This document shows, one piece after another, positions 39,301 through 54,300 of a DNA stretch of 64,000 bases. This stretch comes from Lytechinus pictus (Eukaryota), in assembly GCF_037042905.1 (NCBI RefSeq), contig NC_087251.1:32986001-33050000 (forward strand). Reading direction: 5' to 3'. The position numbers were made by a program, and so were the translations under genes. Numbering within the stretch: the first letter of the stretch is position 1; each line of letters starts with the position of its first letter. The notes under the pieces were generated by a model, which saw nothing but the letters and a program-made list of their open reading frames with translations, was not told the DNA's origin and made no database searches.

Positions 39301-42300
39301 TAGAGTTCAGAATATATGGGCCATAGAGTTTAATTACTTATCCGATGTATTTTTGATCTACCGTAGAATGAATAGTGAACCGATTTTGAAAAAAAATAAC
39401 TGAGCTGAACTAAATGAAACTGAAATGAAATGATTTGTATTTGAATTTTGATGATATGGAGAAAGGGTGCTTTGAAGTTAGTCTGCAGCAAAGACTCTAA
39501 TTTGACACTTTCTGCATATATATCTAGACTATTTAGTGGAGACTACGCTCAAAACTCAATGGAAGAAGCAGTCAAAGAATTGAATCTCATCTCCCTACTC
39601 CAGACCCTGCATTATGCAATTTGCAAGAATCAAAGGTATAGTTTTTAGTGTCATATATCATAATAAGGTGTAAAGTACTGTTTATTATATTGTAAAGTTG
39701 TTGGATTAACATGTACTATGCTGTATATTGATTGTATTTATTTGTATGCAAACTATGCATGGTACGCTTTTCAAATAAGGAAAGTACACATTCTTATTAT
39801 CATTTCGAACGTGCATGAGCAAATATGACTCCAGAAAAAATGAACTTTGAAGTTTACAGCAATCGCACAGAGCTGATAAAACTCAGAGGGGTATTTAAAA
39901 TGAAGTATTACATACATAAATATAGAGTAAACAATGGTTTGAAAACCAGTTCAAGAGGCTGTGTGGACTACCCGTTCATAAAAATACCTGTAAATTATAA
40001 ATTCAAATTATTGATGCCTTGTAACACCTGATGATTATTTAAGCCAAATCTATAAAATGTTTCATTCTGGTTAATCTGTAGGTTTCAGGTGCTTTTTATC
40101 AAAGTAACTTTAAAGAAAATCACTATCTCATCTTGGCTTGGATTTTCAAAGAATCCTATTTACAGACAAATTAATATTCCTTCAATCTTTAATGTGCACC
40201 TGGGTATATTCCTTACTACTTAAAGGTCAAGTCCACCCCAGAAAATTGTTGATTTGAATCGATAGAGAAAAATCAAACAAAAATAACGCTGCAAATTTCA
40301 TCGAAATCGGATGTAAAATAAGAAAGTTATGACATTTTAAAGTTTCGCTTATTTTTCACAAAACAGTTAAATGCACAACTCGGTGATATGCAAATGAGAG
40401 TCGATGGTGTCCATCACTCACTATTTCTTTTGTTTTTTGTTTGAATAATACAATATTTCAATTTTTACAGATTTGACAATAAGGACCAACTGAACTTAAC
40501 CATAAACTGTTAAAATAATGGTAATGCCACATGTTCAGGGAGAAATAAAACTTTGTTTCACTTGACGAGGAGAAAATTAGAATATTTCATATAATAAAAT
40601 ACAAAAGAAATAGTGAGTGGGTAACGTCATCAGTCTGCCAATTTGCATATCGACCAGGATGTGCATATAACTGATTTGTGAAATCAAGCGAAACTTTAAA
40701 ATGTCATAACTTTCTTATTTTACATCCGATTTTGATGAAATTTTCAGTGTTTCGCTTGTTGGATTTTTCTCCTTTTTTTCAAATCAACTTTTTGTTGAGG
40801 TGGACTTGTCCTTTAATAAGGAATCATGTTCTCTGCATCTGAAAACTTTACAATGCAAAACTTTATCTGTGGCTGTTGCCACTACGGTACTGCTATTTGT
40901 TTTACATTTGCTTTTTTTTTTTGGGGGGGGGGGCTGAGGGGTTGGGGGTGTTTGGGGTGGGAGGTTTATTAAGAAGGAAGTGTCTTTTACATGTACATAC
41001 TGTATATATAGACTTTTTATCAAACTTCACTCATCCTCATCTGTCCACCTTCAACTCGCAAATGGTCCTTGAACCCAGACCCGCTAGTCCTCAAACCCAG
41101 ACCCTCTACGGTGATCAATTAGATTGAATACCTACCTTTTTAATCAGTAATAAATCATAGTAATTTTTGTTGTTACTAGTATTTGATATATTATTCTTTG
41201 TAATTTGTTAAATAATCCTCCATGCATTTTTCCTTTAATTTTTGGTAGTGTTAAGTTTATATTATTTTGTATTTCATTAATTCTATCTAGCTCTTCAACT
41301 CATTTGTTTAAAGGGTATCTAGCGCTTAAGACAATGCGTATTATTTGCTTTAAATGTTATTACTTATCATATACATGTAGGCCTATAAACATGCATGATG
41401 TGATGGAGGGACTGTTTCTCAATGACAACCTCAATGACGAACAGTTCCTCCAGAACTAACAGGGTCCTCAAGAAGAGATTTGTAATTTTAGGTATTGACT
41501 GAGACTCTACCATGTAGACCTGTATATAAGGATAGGTATACATGTAAACATGAGGCCGTTCTCATTACGCTTTCTAAAACTAGTTTACTGGAAACCGATT
41601 CAGGAAACCACTTTGGAAGATCGCTTTGCGAGCGTTCCCACTTGATCACACGAAAGTGGTTTTCAAAATCACTTCACGTAAAGAGCTCTTGTTGCTATGG
41701 AAATGCTCTCAGTGGGGTGACACGTTTCGCGCGAAATTCGAAACCGCAGCATAGGCATTCTACACCTGTCATGTGGAGTAGCGCGCTCAAAATGTGCGAA
41801 GATCGCTTCCCGAAGAACGGTTGTGTCCTCACTTACGCTAAAACCAGTTTAACGAGGCAAAGCAATCTTCAAAACTACATCGCAAGGTGGTTTTCCAAAC
41901 TGGTTTGGAAGATCGCTTCCAAGACCGCTTCGACTGTTCTCACTACGCGTTAAACTAGTTTCCACTAAACTAGTTTCCAGTAAACTAGTTTTAGGAACGT
42001 AGTAAGAACAGCCTCCATGATGAGGCCTTGTAAGGAAGTAGGCCTATATCCCTTGTCACACTGCAGACTTACCATGTACTAAGAAATGTATCAAACAATA
42101 AAAGTTATGATGAATACGAAAATAGGAAACAAAATTAAATGTGGACGTTACTTCTTTTTTCTACTTTTTTTTACAAGCAAATAGGAACAAACCCCCTCTG
42201 ATAACCTTACATACATATTCCAATCCAGTAGATAAATATAATTCCAGAGTTCTCAAATTTATGGTGACCCAAACTAGGTTATGACATGAGCCAGGTGTGT

Positions 42301-45300
42301 TGTTATGTGAGTGTATCAATCATATTTTGTGAAGCGAACATGAAGTCCCTCGGTTCAAAATTTATATATGTACTACACCCAAAATATTCAAAATGTTCAA
42401 AATATTCAAAAAATTCAAAATGTTTTGAATGGAAATGAAATAAAAGAATTGAAAATAAATTTATCTATAAATATCAAATTTGTTACAGAAAAGTCATGTA
42501 GATGAAAAATATAATGAAATTCAAATTTGAATGGCATCCCAATCAAAATGCTGCACATACGGAAGGTAGAAGGGGGACTTCCATCTCCCTATTTGGGGCC
42601 CCTGTGCCCCCCCCTTGCCGCATCTGTGCCTAAATTCAAATTAACAAAGCACACATAACTATGATGCTTGCGTTCCTTGACCATACAAGCCATTCATGCT
42701 TGCTTGAGAACGATTGAAATTAACTTTATGACCTTTGTAAATTTTTCAATTCAAATGAAAAGATAATGGTTATACTAATATAGGAGTGCACCCAAAGTCC
42801 ATGTCTAACCATCCATGTCAATACAGAATGCAAGCTTAATTTGATAGAAATTCCACACACTACAAAATGTATAAGAAGCTTTGTTTCACATTACAATACA
42901 CTTAATCTGTCTAAATTTGATTTTTGTATATAACTGGTAATTATTTAAATAAGAAATACATTTCATGAGCTTTAATAATGAAACAATTATTTATTAATGA
43001 TGTAGGTTTTTACAATTTCTCTTCCATTAAAATCATAATAGCTTAATTGGTGAGGATGGTAAGGAAATATCACTCACAATAAACACCATCAAGAGTTTTA
43101 TTTTAAATATTTTTTATTCTGATTAATTTGATGTGGACATATCTTTGCATGTTTTGGATGGTGACACAGCATTTGCTCCTGCGACAATTACTCCGGTCTT
43201 AATATCTCAGAGGGCATAGGGTTAGAGTTAGGATCGTGATAGAGTTTTTGGTTCAGAATGTAAAGATAAGGATTGAGGTTTATTCAGTTTTGGAGGTAAA
43301 GTTTTATGTCTTGCTTGGAGCAGGTCCCCATTGCATAAAGGTTTACTTTGTCATGCAATGGCAACTTCCCTGAAATCCTTGATTTTGATTTGGTTGATTA
43401 GTATTGTTATCATGACAGTTACCACTGGATGGCAAAGTTATCATAATAGTAACTTTTATGCAACAGAGCCTACATTTTCCATCTGAGCAATTGTCCCGGA
43501 GCTGATGTCATGGAACCGCTTGGGACAATAGGCTATTGGCAATACAGAATATTCATGATGTGGATCCTGTGGGATACATATGTACTTATTGCAATATTTT
43601 ATCATTTTTCTTCAAAAAGATACAGAGGCTAACTTCACAAGACATACATAATGTGGCTGGGCCGATAACACCTTGTATCTCAGAATTTAAAAAATTTGAG
43701 GGCAGCTCAGAAAAGGCTGTACATTTAAACAATTTAGCAAAAATGGCAGTCTCATATTGCCTGAAAACAGTCTGCTGATACCCATGAAGAGCTCTCTTAA
43801 GGCAAAAGAAGGTTGCTACCCATGTTATAACTCTAAAATCTAGCTTATTCTGAGCTGTCATCAAAATGTTTGAATTTTGAGATATGAAGTTTTTTCAGCT
43901 CAGCCACAATAAACCATGAAAATGTCTCATGCATTAACCAGTATTATAAATACCTGAAAAGAATTTAGTGCTTACCTCGAATTGGTCTAGTCTTTACCGG
44001 CAACTTCAATGTCTCTTCCAGGAGAGCAATGAGTAGACGGATAAATTCAACATGGTGTGACAAGGCCTGCAATGAGAAATTCAAAGAAGACTTTAAGGCT
44101 GTCTGCATCAGCCCGAGTTTTCAAATTAGCGCGCTATTTCTGTTCCGGCAAATTATCCCGATCTGAACAATCTCGAGATTATTTGTAATGGAGACGCAAT
44201 TATCGCGCTAGTTCGTAGGATTAATCTCGAGATTGCAATCCCAAGTCAAGATTATTTGCAAAATAATGCACGCTATTTTATGAATTATCCCGCTAATTCG
44301 CAGGTGCAGACGCACTCGGGATTATTTATTCATGGCGTCAGACCATAATGCATCGATGCCTCGCTCGAGCAGGAATCGCTCTTCTTGCGATGGTGGAGAC
44401 GGGGTTTCTTGAATCTCGAGATTAATCGCGAAGAGGGCAGATTGGGTTAAAATCTCGAGATTGAGCAAACTCGGGCTGGTGCATCACCGCCTTTAGATTG
44501 GATGAAAGCATTCCCCCCTTGTCACTCAAAATTGAATAAAAACTCAAGTAGATAGTAAATAGATTGTAAATCTGAAGTATATAGTACATTGCATACATGT
44601 GCAATAGATTACTGAATTAGGAAGGCATTAAACAAGTATTCAAGGCAGAGAGAGTCTACATTTGTACTTTGGTGTAGTTGTGACTGGATCTTTGCAGGCA
44701 CAAAAAACTGACGGGGTGGTGACCTTGGCAGAAATCAATTTTAATGAATTATATGAATATTACAGTAAGTACAGAAATATTAATCATGAAGACATGATTG
44801 ATATGCTTTCTCATATCAATTATAATCAAATAGAACTTGATCTACATTTAAGCTCTACTCCACGACTCCATTTTAAAAATAATAAAATAAAAGAACGAAA
44901 CTCTGTATTTCATATTGGTCAATAAAATGTAACAGTGTTATTGGACTAGCTGCAAGCAATGAACACATGGTATCTTAAATGATCAAATGAATAAATGATT
45001 ACAAATCTTATCATTTGATGAGTAATTCACTGTACTCAGGGTTGGAATGTTTGTTCGTAGCATTATCTAGATACTTGCCCATGCAGGTTAACTTGTTTGA
45101 TTACTTGTTTTATCTTGACTCATGCCAATGTAAACATGAACAAGTGAATGGACACTGTTTAATGTTCTTACAAAAACTTTGCCATTAAAGGGGAAGTTCA
45201 CCCTCCTGACCATTAAGTTGATCTTAATTAAAGCCGGAAATATCGGACAAAGTATTGTAGTTTGGTGAAATTCTTTCCAAAGTTGATGGATTTTGAAACT

Positions 45301-48300
45301 TTAATTGTGTGAAATCTCATGATCTGCTGCTTGATATTAGCTACAAAAATGTCAATTTTTGTGATCCTTGATGGATAAATAGTATTTAAGAGTGTACGGT
45401 ATGTATACTGTGTCTGACTTCATAAAATTATTTCATTCACTGATAGAATAATTTGAAATCTCTAAAATCACTTCTTATAAATTTTATTTATAATCCCTCC
45501 TTTTCCCTAGAATTCTGAAAGATACGGTAATAATTCTTGCTTAAATTTGTTCACAAATAACTACAAACATCTTCAATAGTGAAATTCTCCATATATACTA
45601 TATGTTCAAGTTACAGGTCTATTTTCAGATGTGTTGAGCCAAAAATGTTATGGTGTATATGTATGGGGTAAAACTTTCTAGAAAGCTGTGAGCGAGTGAG
45701 CCAAAACTTTTGCCCTTTTCCATAAAAAAACTAATTTGTGATCGATTTTGACATCATACTCGGCAAATAATATATATCAACATTTTCTTTCCCTTTTCAT
45801 TCCTGTTTCACCATTTTTTTTTCTTGGCTGTGAAACTGTTTGAGGAGCATATGGCCCCAAAGCTCCCCTCTCCAAGACTTCAATTCATAATAATAATCAT
45901 TGGTTTCTTTTTCCTATCTACGACACACTGTACAAGGACACCTTTACATACATGTACCAATAAATAGGCCTACATACATGTACATAGAAAACTAAAGTGG
46001 TATAAAGAAAGGTAAGAAACATTCATGATTCTGAATCACTTGTTAACTGCAAATTTCATTGAGATTTTGTCAGCATCAGTTGATCCCTGAAAGATATATA
46101 GAGAAACTTAAAACTAATAACATACCAATTATAAAAACAATAACTTACGCAAGACTGGCAATACACACCCTTGTAGATAATACTTTCCAAAAATGAAGGA
46201 CTTTATCCTCTTCTTATATGGCTATAAATCCTATAATACGGTACATATCTACAAGGAAACAGCAGCTCCACCATACATGTATACTACAGTAAAGCTCTAT
46301 AAAGGTTCAACATATGGTTTTGACCTCAAAGTCATGTGACAAAAACAAATGTGACCTTTTTGAAGTCTAGGTCATGTAATAACACAATACTTGTCTAATT
46401 TCCAGCCATGTGACTTTGACTGGAGTGTCTCCAACAACTGTATAGGCTACTGTACAGTGCGTCCCATAAAAAAAGGAAACTGGGATTCCCACGTTGTTTT
46501 TCTTCAAAGGCAAATAAATAATGATATTTCATTTACATAGTCATATAATTCAATTATTCCTCTTTATTTCAATACTTATCATGAGACGAACACTTCACGC
46601 ATTAATGAGCAAGACGAATTTGAAATTTTAATATCAAAACCAGGTTACGCAGAAAAATGGGACAAGATTGGTTTGAGATACGACGAGAGTGCTCATTTGA
46701 CGATTGGCTCATTAGCATTTCTTTTTTATTCTTTGTCAAGATTCTCTCACTGATCTCTGAAATGAGAGTGGATTTAGATTCACATGTGAGTTTCTGCGCA
46801 ATTCGTTTCTGATATGCTTCATTATTTATTGTCTGTAATCTGCCATGCATGAACGATTTGCTTGGCTGTTGGTTTCGAATTCGAGATGAGATTCCACTCT
46901 TGCCATGAGTATCAAATTTATAGTTAAAACATATAGTGAAATCTATCGCTGAAAACGAGTTTCCTTTTTAGTGGGATGCACTGTATAACAAAATACAATC
47001 AGTAAAAAATGTAAAAATTGCAATTAACTAGAAAGTTGGCCAAATTCACATTTAAAAAATCTGACGAATCAATTTGTGTGCTACAAGTACATATACCCCT
47101 TTTAGTTTCAGGGACCAGTGGCAAATACTTTCATCAAATACCCCCCCCCCCCTGGAAGAAAATCTATCTAGAAAAAAGAGACATTATAAAGTAGGCTGCA
47201 TAAATATATATACACACTCAAACTGGCATGAAACCTACCTAGGATATTGAATATATAGGGGAGACCGGGGTTAGTTGGAACATGGGGTAAGTTGAAACAT
47301 TGTAATTTTCTTTAACGTCTTTAAATAAATTTCTGCAATACTGCCCTCAATTTATTGTCATTATCAACAGCCATCCACCATATTACAGACAACACATGTG
47401 CAACAAGCCTGGTGAAGTTAGAAAGGAATTTTTGTTTTTTGACCTTCTGAGTAATTTTTTTCTCTTTCAGAAATGTTTGATTATCTCAGAGAAGTTTATA
47501 GATCAAGTTGGCCAGTTTGGGGGTATAATAGACACTTATACCAAGCTACAAAATGAGGTTATTAATATGCCATGGTGAAGTCCCTTTTTTGAGCTGTAAG
47601 CTGGAACACAATTGAAGGGGCTAGTTTGAACATGTTCCAACTTACCCCAAACATAATTATGAATAAAAACATTGGATATGAGAAAAAAATATATAAAGTA
47701 TTTCACACTCTTCTGAACATGTACTGTATACCTTGCTTGTTTTGTTTATCAGTTAGGTCTGAGTGTGCATTTAAGGCCTATTATAGGCCCCTAATGCAAT
47801 ATTAACCCTTATCAAACTGGGGGGTCAATTGGAGCCCCCCCCCCCGAGAAAATTGTCACTACGCCGTCGCACGAAATTTTTAGACTACACTGCTCGCTGA
47901 CTTTTTACTTTCAAGTCTTGCGCATCATTTGAGACCAAATTTGCGATGCCCGTGTGTGCGGTTTCTAAATTACGCAACATTTTGTACGTGCATGTTTGGA
48001 CCCAAAATTGTTCAAAAAATGTGATTCCATGTACAAGGTCAATGCAAATTGTGTTTTTCAACCAAAAGTAATAAATGTATGATTATTTTTTTACTTTTGT
48101 TGGTTCAAATAGATTCATTTTATGCTATTAATGATCGCAAAAGAGTCCCGACAAAGTTCATCAGAAAAAACAAAGGTTCAAAAAAACAAAAATACAAATA
48201 AAAAAATACATAAAATACATAAGAAATTATATTTTTTGCAATTTTTTGTGGATATTTGTTATAAATGTGAAAAATGATACTCTCACCAAAAATTTGCATT

Positions 48301-51300
48301 CTATTAGCTTAATAAATAGAGTTAAAGGCAAAAACATACCAAAAAAAACAAATTTAGGGCAAATTTCATATGCTTATTTGCATAATTAATTAATGAAAAA
48401 AGTATAAACAATTAATTTTTGTCTTATAAATTTGATGCAGAAGTACATGAAATTGCTGATAGTACACTTAATTGCATGTAAAATCAAATGCATCCAAATA
48501 TGTGGAATTCTAATATACAGTCTGCTTATGTGAGTGGCTGTATAATAGAAAACATAAAGTTCAACAAATCCACACTTAAATATTTTGAACTTGAATAAAA
48601 TAAAGCAAATAGGCTAAAACCATGTAATATTACAGTTTTAAGTAGTTTTAGTATAATTCTTAATTGACCATGCAGTGTTCCAACTTACCCCATACCATGT
48701 TCCAACTTACCCCGTATTGGGGTAAGTTGGAACGTTTGCGATGGTCTTGTTCAAGATGGATTTTTTTCAGTAACCATAATAGAGTTAAAAATTTAATGGG
48801 GTACATTTGAAGCCCTTAGATATATGCTTCAAGCTGATATATTGATTGTTTCTCGAATAAAATCTATTTGGATTTTACAGCCATTTTTGTCAAAAATGTT
48901 CCAACTAACCCCGGTCTCCCCTACAGTGCGTATGAAAAATAAACGGGACAGTTTTGAAAAGTATATAAAAAATTTGTTTAAAATTATGATATCTATATTT
49001 TGATGTTAATAGATGCTCTTAAATCTTATCTTTTAAATGCCATTTAAAAAAATAAATTTTGTTCATGCTTGAGCGAACATGGGACGTTTTTGTTGGGGGT
49101 TCAAAAAGAGGCTTGCGCCAAAATGGCAGAATATGAGTAATATGATGATCAGACTTTTTGCTAATCAGCAGACTTCCTCTTCACCTTTTCATTACCTTCG
49201 CCATAATTTTCGAATTATGCTGTCAAATTTTATTTACAAATTTATTTATTTACTTGAATTATTTTGGTTTTTTTTTCATTTAAACTTCTTTTACCTTTGA
49301 ATTTTAAGAAAAGAAGACTTTTTGTCAACCCAAGCAAGAAGATTTGCATTATTAATTGAGAGACCTTGTAATTATTCAAATCCTTTTATTATAATAAACA
49401 AATGTGATGTTATGGTACCTGTAAAAGACATGAATCCATTTATCAAGGGGTTATTGATTCCTTGACCAAGTTTAATTATATGCTTGAAAGGACAAACAGG
49501 AATGGATTCATGTCTTTCAATGGCAATGGTTTATTGAGTCAATTTTGAAGGAGCTAGATATGGCAGCTCGGGTAAAATGTATTAAAAAGTTGTGAACAAG
49601 CAAAGCGAGCAAGCAAAAATTTCCACTTGTTTATTACAATATCCAATTTTGTGATAGATTTTGACATATTAAAAAATAATATCATATTTCACTTTCTATC
49701 TTTCCTTTTATTTCCTTTCCACTTTTTTCTTGACGGTCATGATTTTTTTATTGAGGGGGGGGGGGGGAGAGAGCATCCCCGAGCCCCTGCCCATCTGTAT
49801 GGCACTGTTCAAAGGCACCATAACCTTTGTAGCACACAATAAAAGGATTTTAAAAAATAAACGCTCTCTCATACTTCGGTAAAAAAAAAATGTTTTTGCT
49901 TAAAGAAGGAATATTCAAAGCTAAAAGGGAACATATTATAAGTATTAAAACAGAACAATTCAAGCAAATAAATAGATTTGAAAATGAATTTTGACCGCAT
50001 AATTTGGAAATTATGGCAAAAATAATGAGGTTAAAGGGAAGTCTGCTGATTAGCAAGAAGTCCGATCATCATATTTATCATTTTATGCCATTTTGGCGCA
50101 AGCCTCCTTTTTAACCCAAGACAAAAACATGAACAAAACTAAATTTTTTAAATGGCATTTGAAAGATGAACAAAACTAATTTTTTTTTAATGGCATTTGA
50201 AAGATAAGACTTCAGAGCACCTACTAACACCAAAATAAAGACATCATAATTTGAAACAAAAATTTCATAGTCTTTTAAAATCTGTCCCGTTTTTTTTTTA
50301 TACGCACTGTCGAGCGAAGTAGGGGTATAAAATCTTTTATATTACATCCTCTTTATTTTGCTCTTGGTCTAGACTAGTGGTACATGTATAAGCAACAGGT
50401 TGAAGTTGTATGCTTCACTGACATAATGGCACAGGTTCAAATCCTCCTCTTGAGTGCTATATTTTTTCAGTAATTATTGATTGATATTGGACCTGAAACT
50501 GAATTTTAATAATGGAAAAAACACAAAACAGAAACTTAATATTAACTGAACATTATGCTGTTAATATTTGACCTGAAACTGAATTTCAATAATGAAAAAA
50601 AAAACCGAGAAATTTAATATTACTTGAACATTCACTTGAACTTGTGGATTTGAAGGCAGCTAGGCAAACAAAGCTAGGCAAACAAAGTTGGCCAGATCGA
50701 CCATAATACTAGCTAATAGAATAACTATAAAAACAGTATGAACTTACTTTATTTCTAGCAGAAGTAGTTCAAAATGACTTGTAAAATATGATATATCCAA
50801 ATAGTATATTCCCATGCATCAGTTAAAATCTTGAGCATATCACACCAATCATGATTTCACATTTTTCCATAAAAAGAGAATATCCCTGGGATGAAACATA
50901 CCTGGATAGATCCTAACAGTTCAGCAAATCATTCATGATTAACATGCTTACATGTATATCACACAGCGTACGTACGCTCTGGTCCTAATCAACGACAGTG
51001 AACTGGACCAAGACATTTTCAATAGTACACTGTACCTTCCATATGAAAAGCCTTGAATAGAACGCTCACAAACCTCACTCAATTCCTGTGGTATTGTTTG
51101 GCAAGCTTTCATGACAGGGGATTGGAATGAAGGTAGAATGAGGATAATAGATTTGTTTGCTTCAAGGATTTCCATGCCTGAGAGGATTCACATGGAAAGA
51201 TCTAGTCTTTCCCTCAGTCTCACTTATTACAACCTAAATCAATCATTATATTACATTGCATATTGTGGGGAAGGGGATTTCAGAAGTAGAGGCATATCAT

Positions 51301-54300
51301 CCCCCCCCCCTGGTCATCACTTAAAAATCAGACACCTTCTCTCTCAACAACAACAAAACATGAATATAAAGGGTCTTCTAAAAGTAAAAAATCACCAAAC
51401 CTAACCTAATTTTCAGCCTCCCTTCAAAATAGAGGGAGCACATTGTATATATCACATGGTTCTACTTCTGTACATATTTGTATTTAAAAAGTGGGACATA
51501 TGCACTCCCCCATGATTTGCATGGGGCATATTTAAAAATAAATTATATTGTAACATTAGCTCGTACAATCCTTAAATTCCAATGCACCAATTACTAACCC
51601 TTTCCACGCGTACTTCGAACCAATGCACACTCGGTGCCGTGCGAACTTCGCATTTCACACTCAACAAACAATGCATTGTTTCCCTCCCTGAAAATAATTC
51701 AGTACAGATGGGTTTGTGGTCCAGCGCACAAAGAGTTAAATGAAGTTGCCACCCCGGGGGGGGGCCACTTCCATTGACGAGTGGATACCATGCGCGACCA
51801 AGGGGTCTCGAAAAGCACCCTTAACACGTATTTTCCATATTCTGAAAATGCACCCCTTAACACGTATTGGCGTCTGAAACCCTACCCTTACCAAGTATTG
51901 GAAACAAAACGATACTCTTAATTGGCAAGTATTCCCTGAAATGAACCCCTAAACAAGTACAGATATATTTTATTGTTATGTCACATGTCCGTCGGTCGTC
52001 GGTTTTACCTTCACAGTTTACACACCATTTGGTTTAGTACGGCCCCATCTTCCACACCTTGCGCAAATTGGACTCTAAACACGTATTGTTGGGGCAAAAA
52101 GGTCATCCTTTATAAAACATTTTAATTTTGTTTTATCATCCCCGCAAATTTGGCCCTAAACACGTAGCTTTCCTAGCGAAATAGATACCCTTTTTTCATT
52201 ATTTTTGTGTTTTTGACACCCTTATCACGTTACGTACGTAACGTGCCCTATCTTGAAAAAGACATCCCTTTTACGTGTTTTTTTGGTCGCGCATGGTATC
52301 CACTCGTCAATGTAAGTGGCCCCCCCCCCCAACCCCTTGAATAAAATGAGAAAATGTGAATGAAAGTTTGATGAAAATCCATCAAAAGTGGAATTCTTTA
52401 TTTAATTTGGAAAAGAAATGAATTTCCAAAGTTTTTTTAATTCTAGAATATCACTTTCAAACAGATCCACTGTATATATATATATATGACTCTGGCGTAT
52501 ACACATGTACAAGTAGAAAAAGTTCAGGATTTGTGGCACTATAAGGTGTTCAAATTAGCCACACTCAACCCATGTGAGGTTAATGAGTACCTGACAGGTA
52601 TTCACTCCATGAAATGCTGATCAAAGCACCTTACAAGCAGAATATTGGGGTGGTATAATTTGTGGAGCAATATGAGTTATATTTCACAGACATACATGTA
52701 TGTGCTACTCACAATAATTATTATAACGTACAGAGCACTTCATAAATTACATCAATTTACATTTTCAAAATAACAAAAGCATATTTGTGCAGAGATTAAC
52801 ATCATTCAAAATCTCTTAAAAAGTCGTGAAATTTTAGTAAATGGTAAATGAAATACATTTAAACCTCATTCTTCTGGACAGATTTTTATCAAACTTTCTT
52901 TGATACATGTTCTATCCTTTCCAAAAAATCAATATCTGGGTGTACTTGCCCATCTCCACAGTAACCAACAGATTAACAATGTTATACATTGGCATACCTG
53001 GCCAAAAAAAACTCAACTATGTTATTGCTATTGATTACAATTCAAATCATCAATTAGATCAATAAGATAATAACAATTAATGATTCAGACCTGCCAACAC
53101 CTGGGAATGAAAAACTGTATTCTGTGATAACAAAAACTGTATTTCCCCCCAAAAAACTGTATTTTATATTTTTTTTTAAATGCGCGGAACGCGCAAGGGG
53201 GGGAGTTGTCCTCCCCTCCCACAGTATGAGTAGGGATCTTTTTTTTAAGCTGGAAAAATCCACACATGTCAATCAAAAACTAATAATATCATACGATAAA
53301 AATACTTTAAAATATCCTTTAACCTTAATCAGATGGCCTGAATTTCAACTCATGCAAAATTATGAGCGATAATTGATTACTCTAATGTCCAAGTTTCATG
53401 AACCAATATAGGTCTTGAACTAACTTTTTTTACATTCAAAGTTATGACATTTAAAAAACTTAAAAGATTTGTGAAAATTGTTCAGATATTCTGAAGAGTC
53501 AATCAAGTACTGCCTTCATATAAATTGTGGTCCACGTGTAGCTTACGCTAGACTCCATTATGCACAACACGGCCGCGGAGCCAGTGCAGTGCAGCAGCGC
53601 AGCGCGATCATCAGGACAGGCCGCGGCGCGGCCGGCCTGGCACTAGCAGACACATCCCCAAGCGCCTTATCCGCTAGGCCGGGAGTTTGCATTTTGACAA
53701 ACTTACTTATCACCGCTACTCATTCTCCATCTTTTTGAATGTCCAGAGTGAGAATCGCCTCTGTTAAGTACTCTCCTTTTTCTTTGGTATGAATCCATTA
53801 TCCGAGATGAAAATATCGAGAGTTCAAGCAAACACCGCGGCAATGAAATGCACATGAACCGCGAACAACGTAAACACGAAGCGCCAGGCCAGCGCTCCCC
53901 GGCGCGGCCCACTTGCTAGCGCTAGGCCACCGGGCACCAGCACTCACGCTTCGCCCGTTCAATCACCAAAGTCTTATCTAATTGAATGGATATTGTGCGC
54001 TTGATCACCATTATCCACCATCTTGCAACCCCACAATGCATCGCCGTATACATAATGTTGGAACAACAATTACACCAGCCACATGTTTCTATATGACACA
54101 AAATGGCGGCAGACCATTTTCTTGCGGCGTCAGGGACTGTGGGGCGTTTAGCATGTCAGTTTGCGAAAGTGCCGATCTATGCCAGTGCGCGCGCCACTGA
54201 GCTTCGAAATCGCTTTATAGTATAGAACGCCAAAATCGCAAATATTTTTTTTTAAACGTAAAAAACATATTTTTGAACTTGAAAAATCGTATGCCCGTAT

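Noticed and set aside
41495..41953. 152-aa plus-strand ORF
   Set aside because: Lies almost wholly inside a MITE; no recognisable transposase motif
43216..43235. Telomere-like agggttag repeats
   Set aside because: Two or three imperfect units inside a MITE, not an interstitial telomere array
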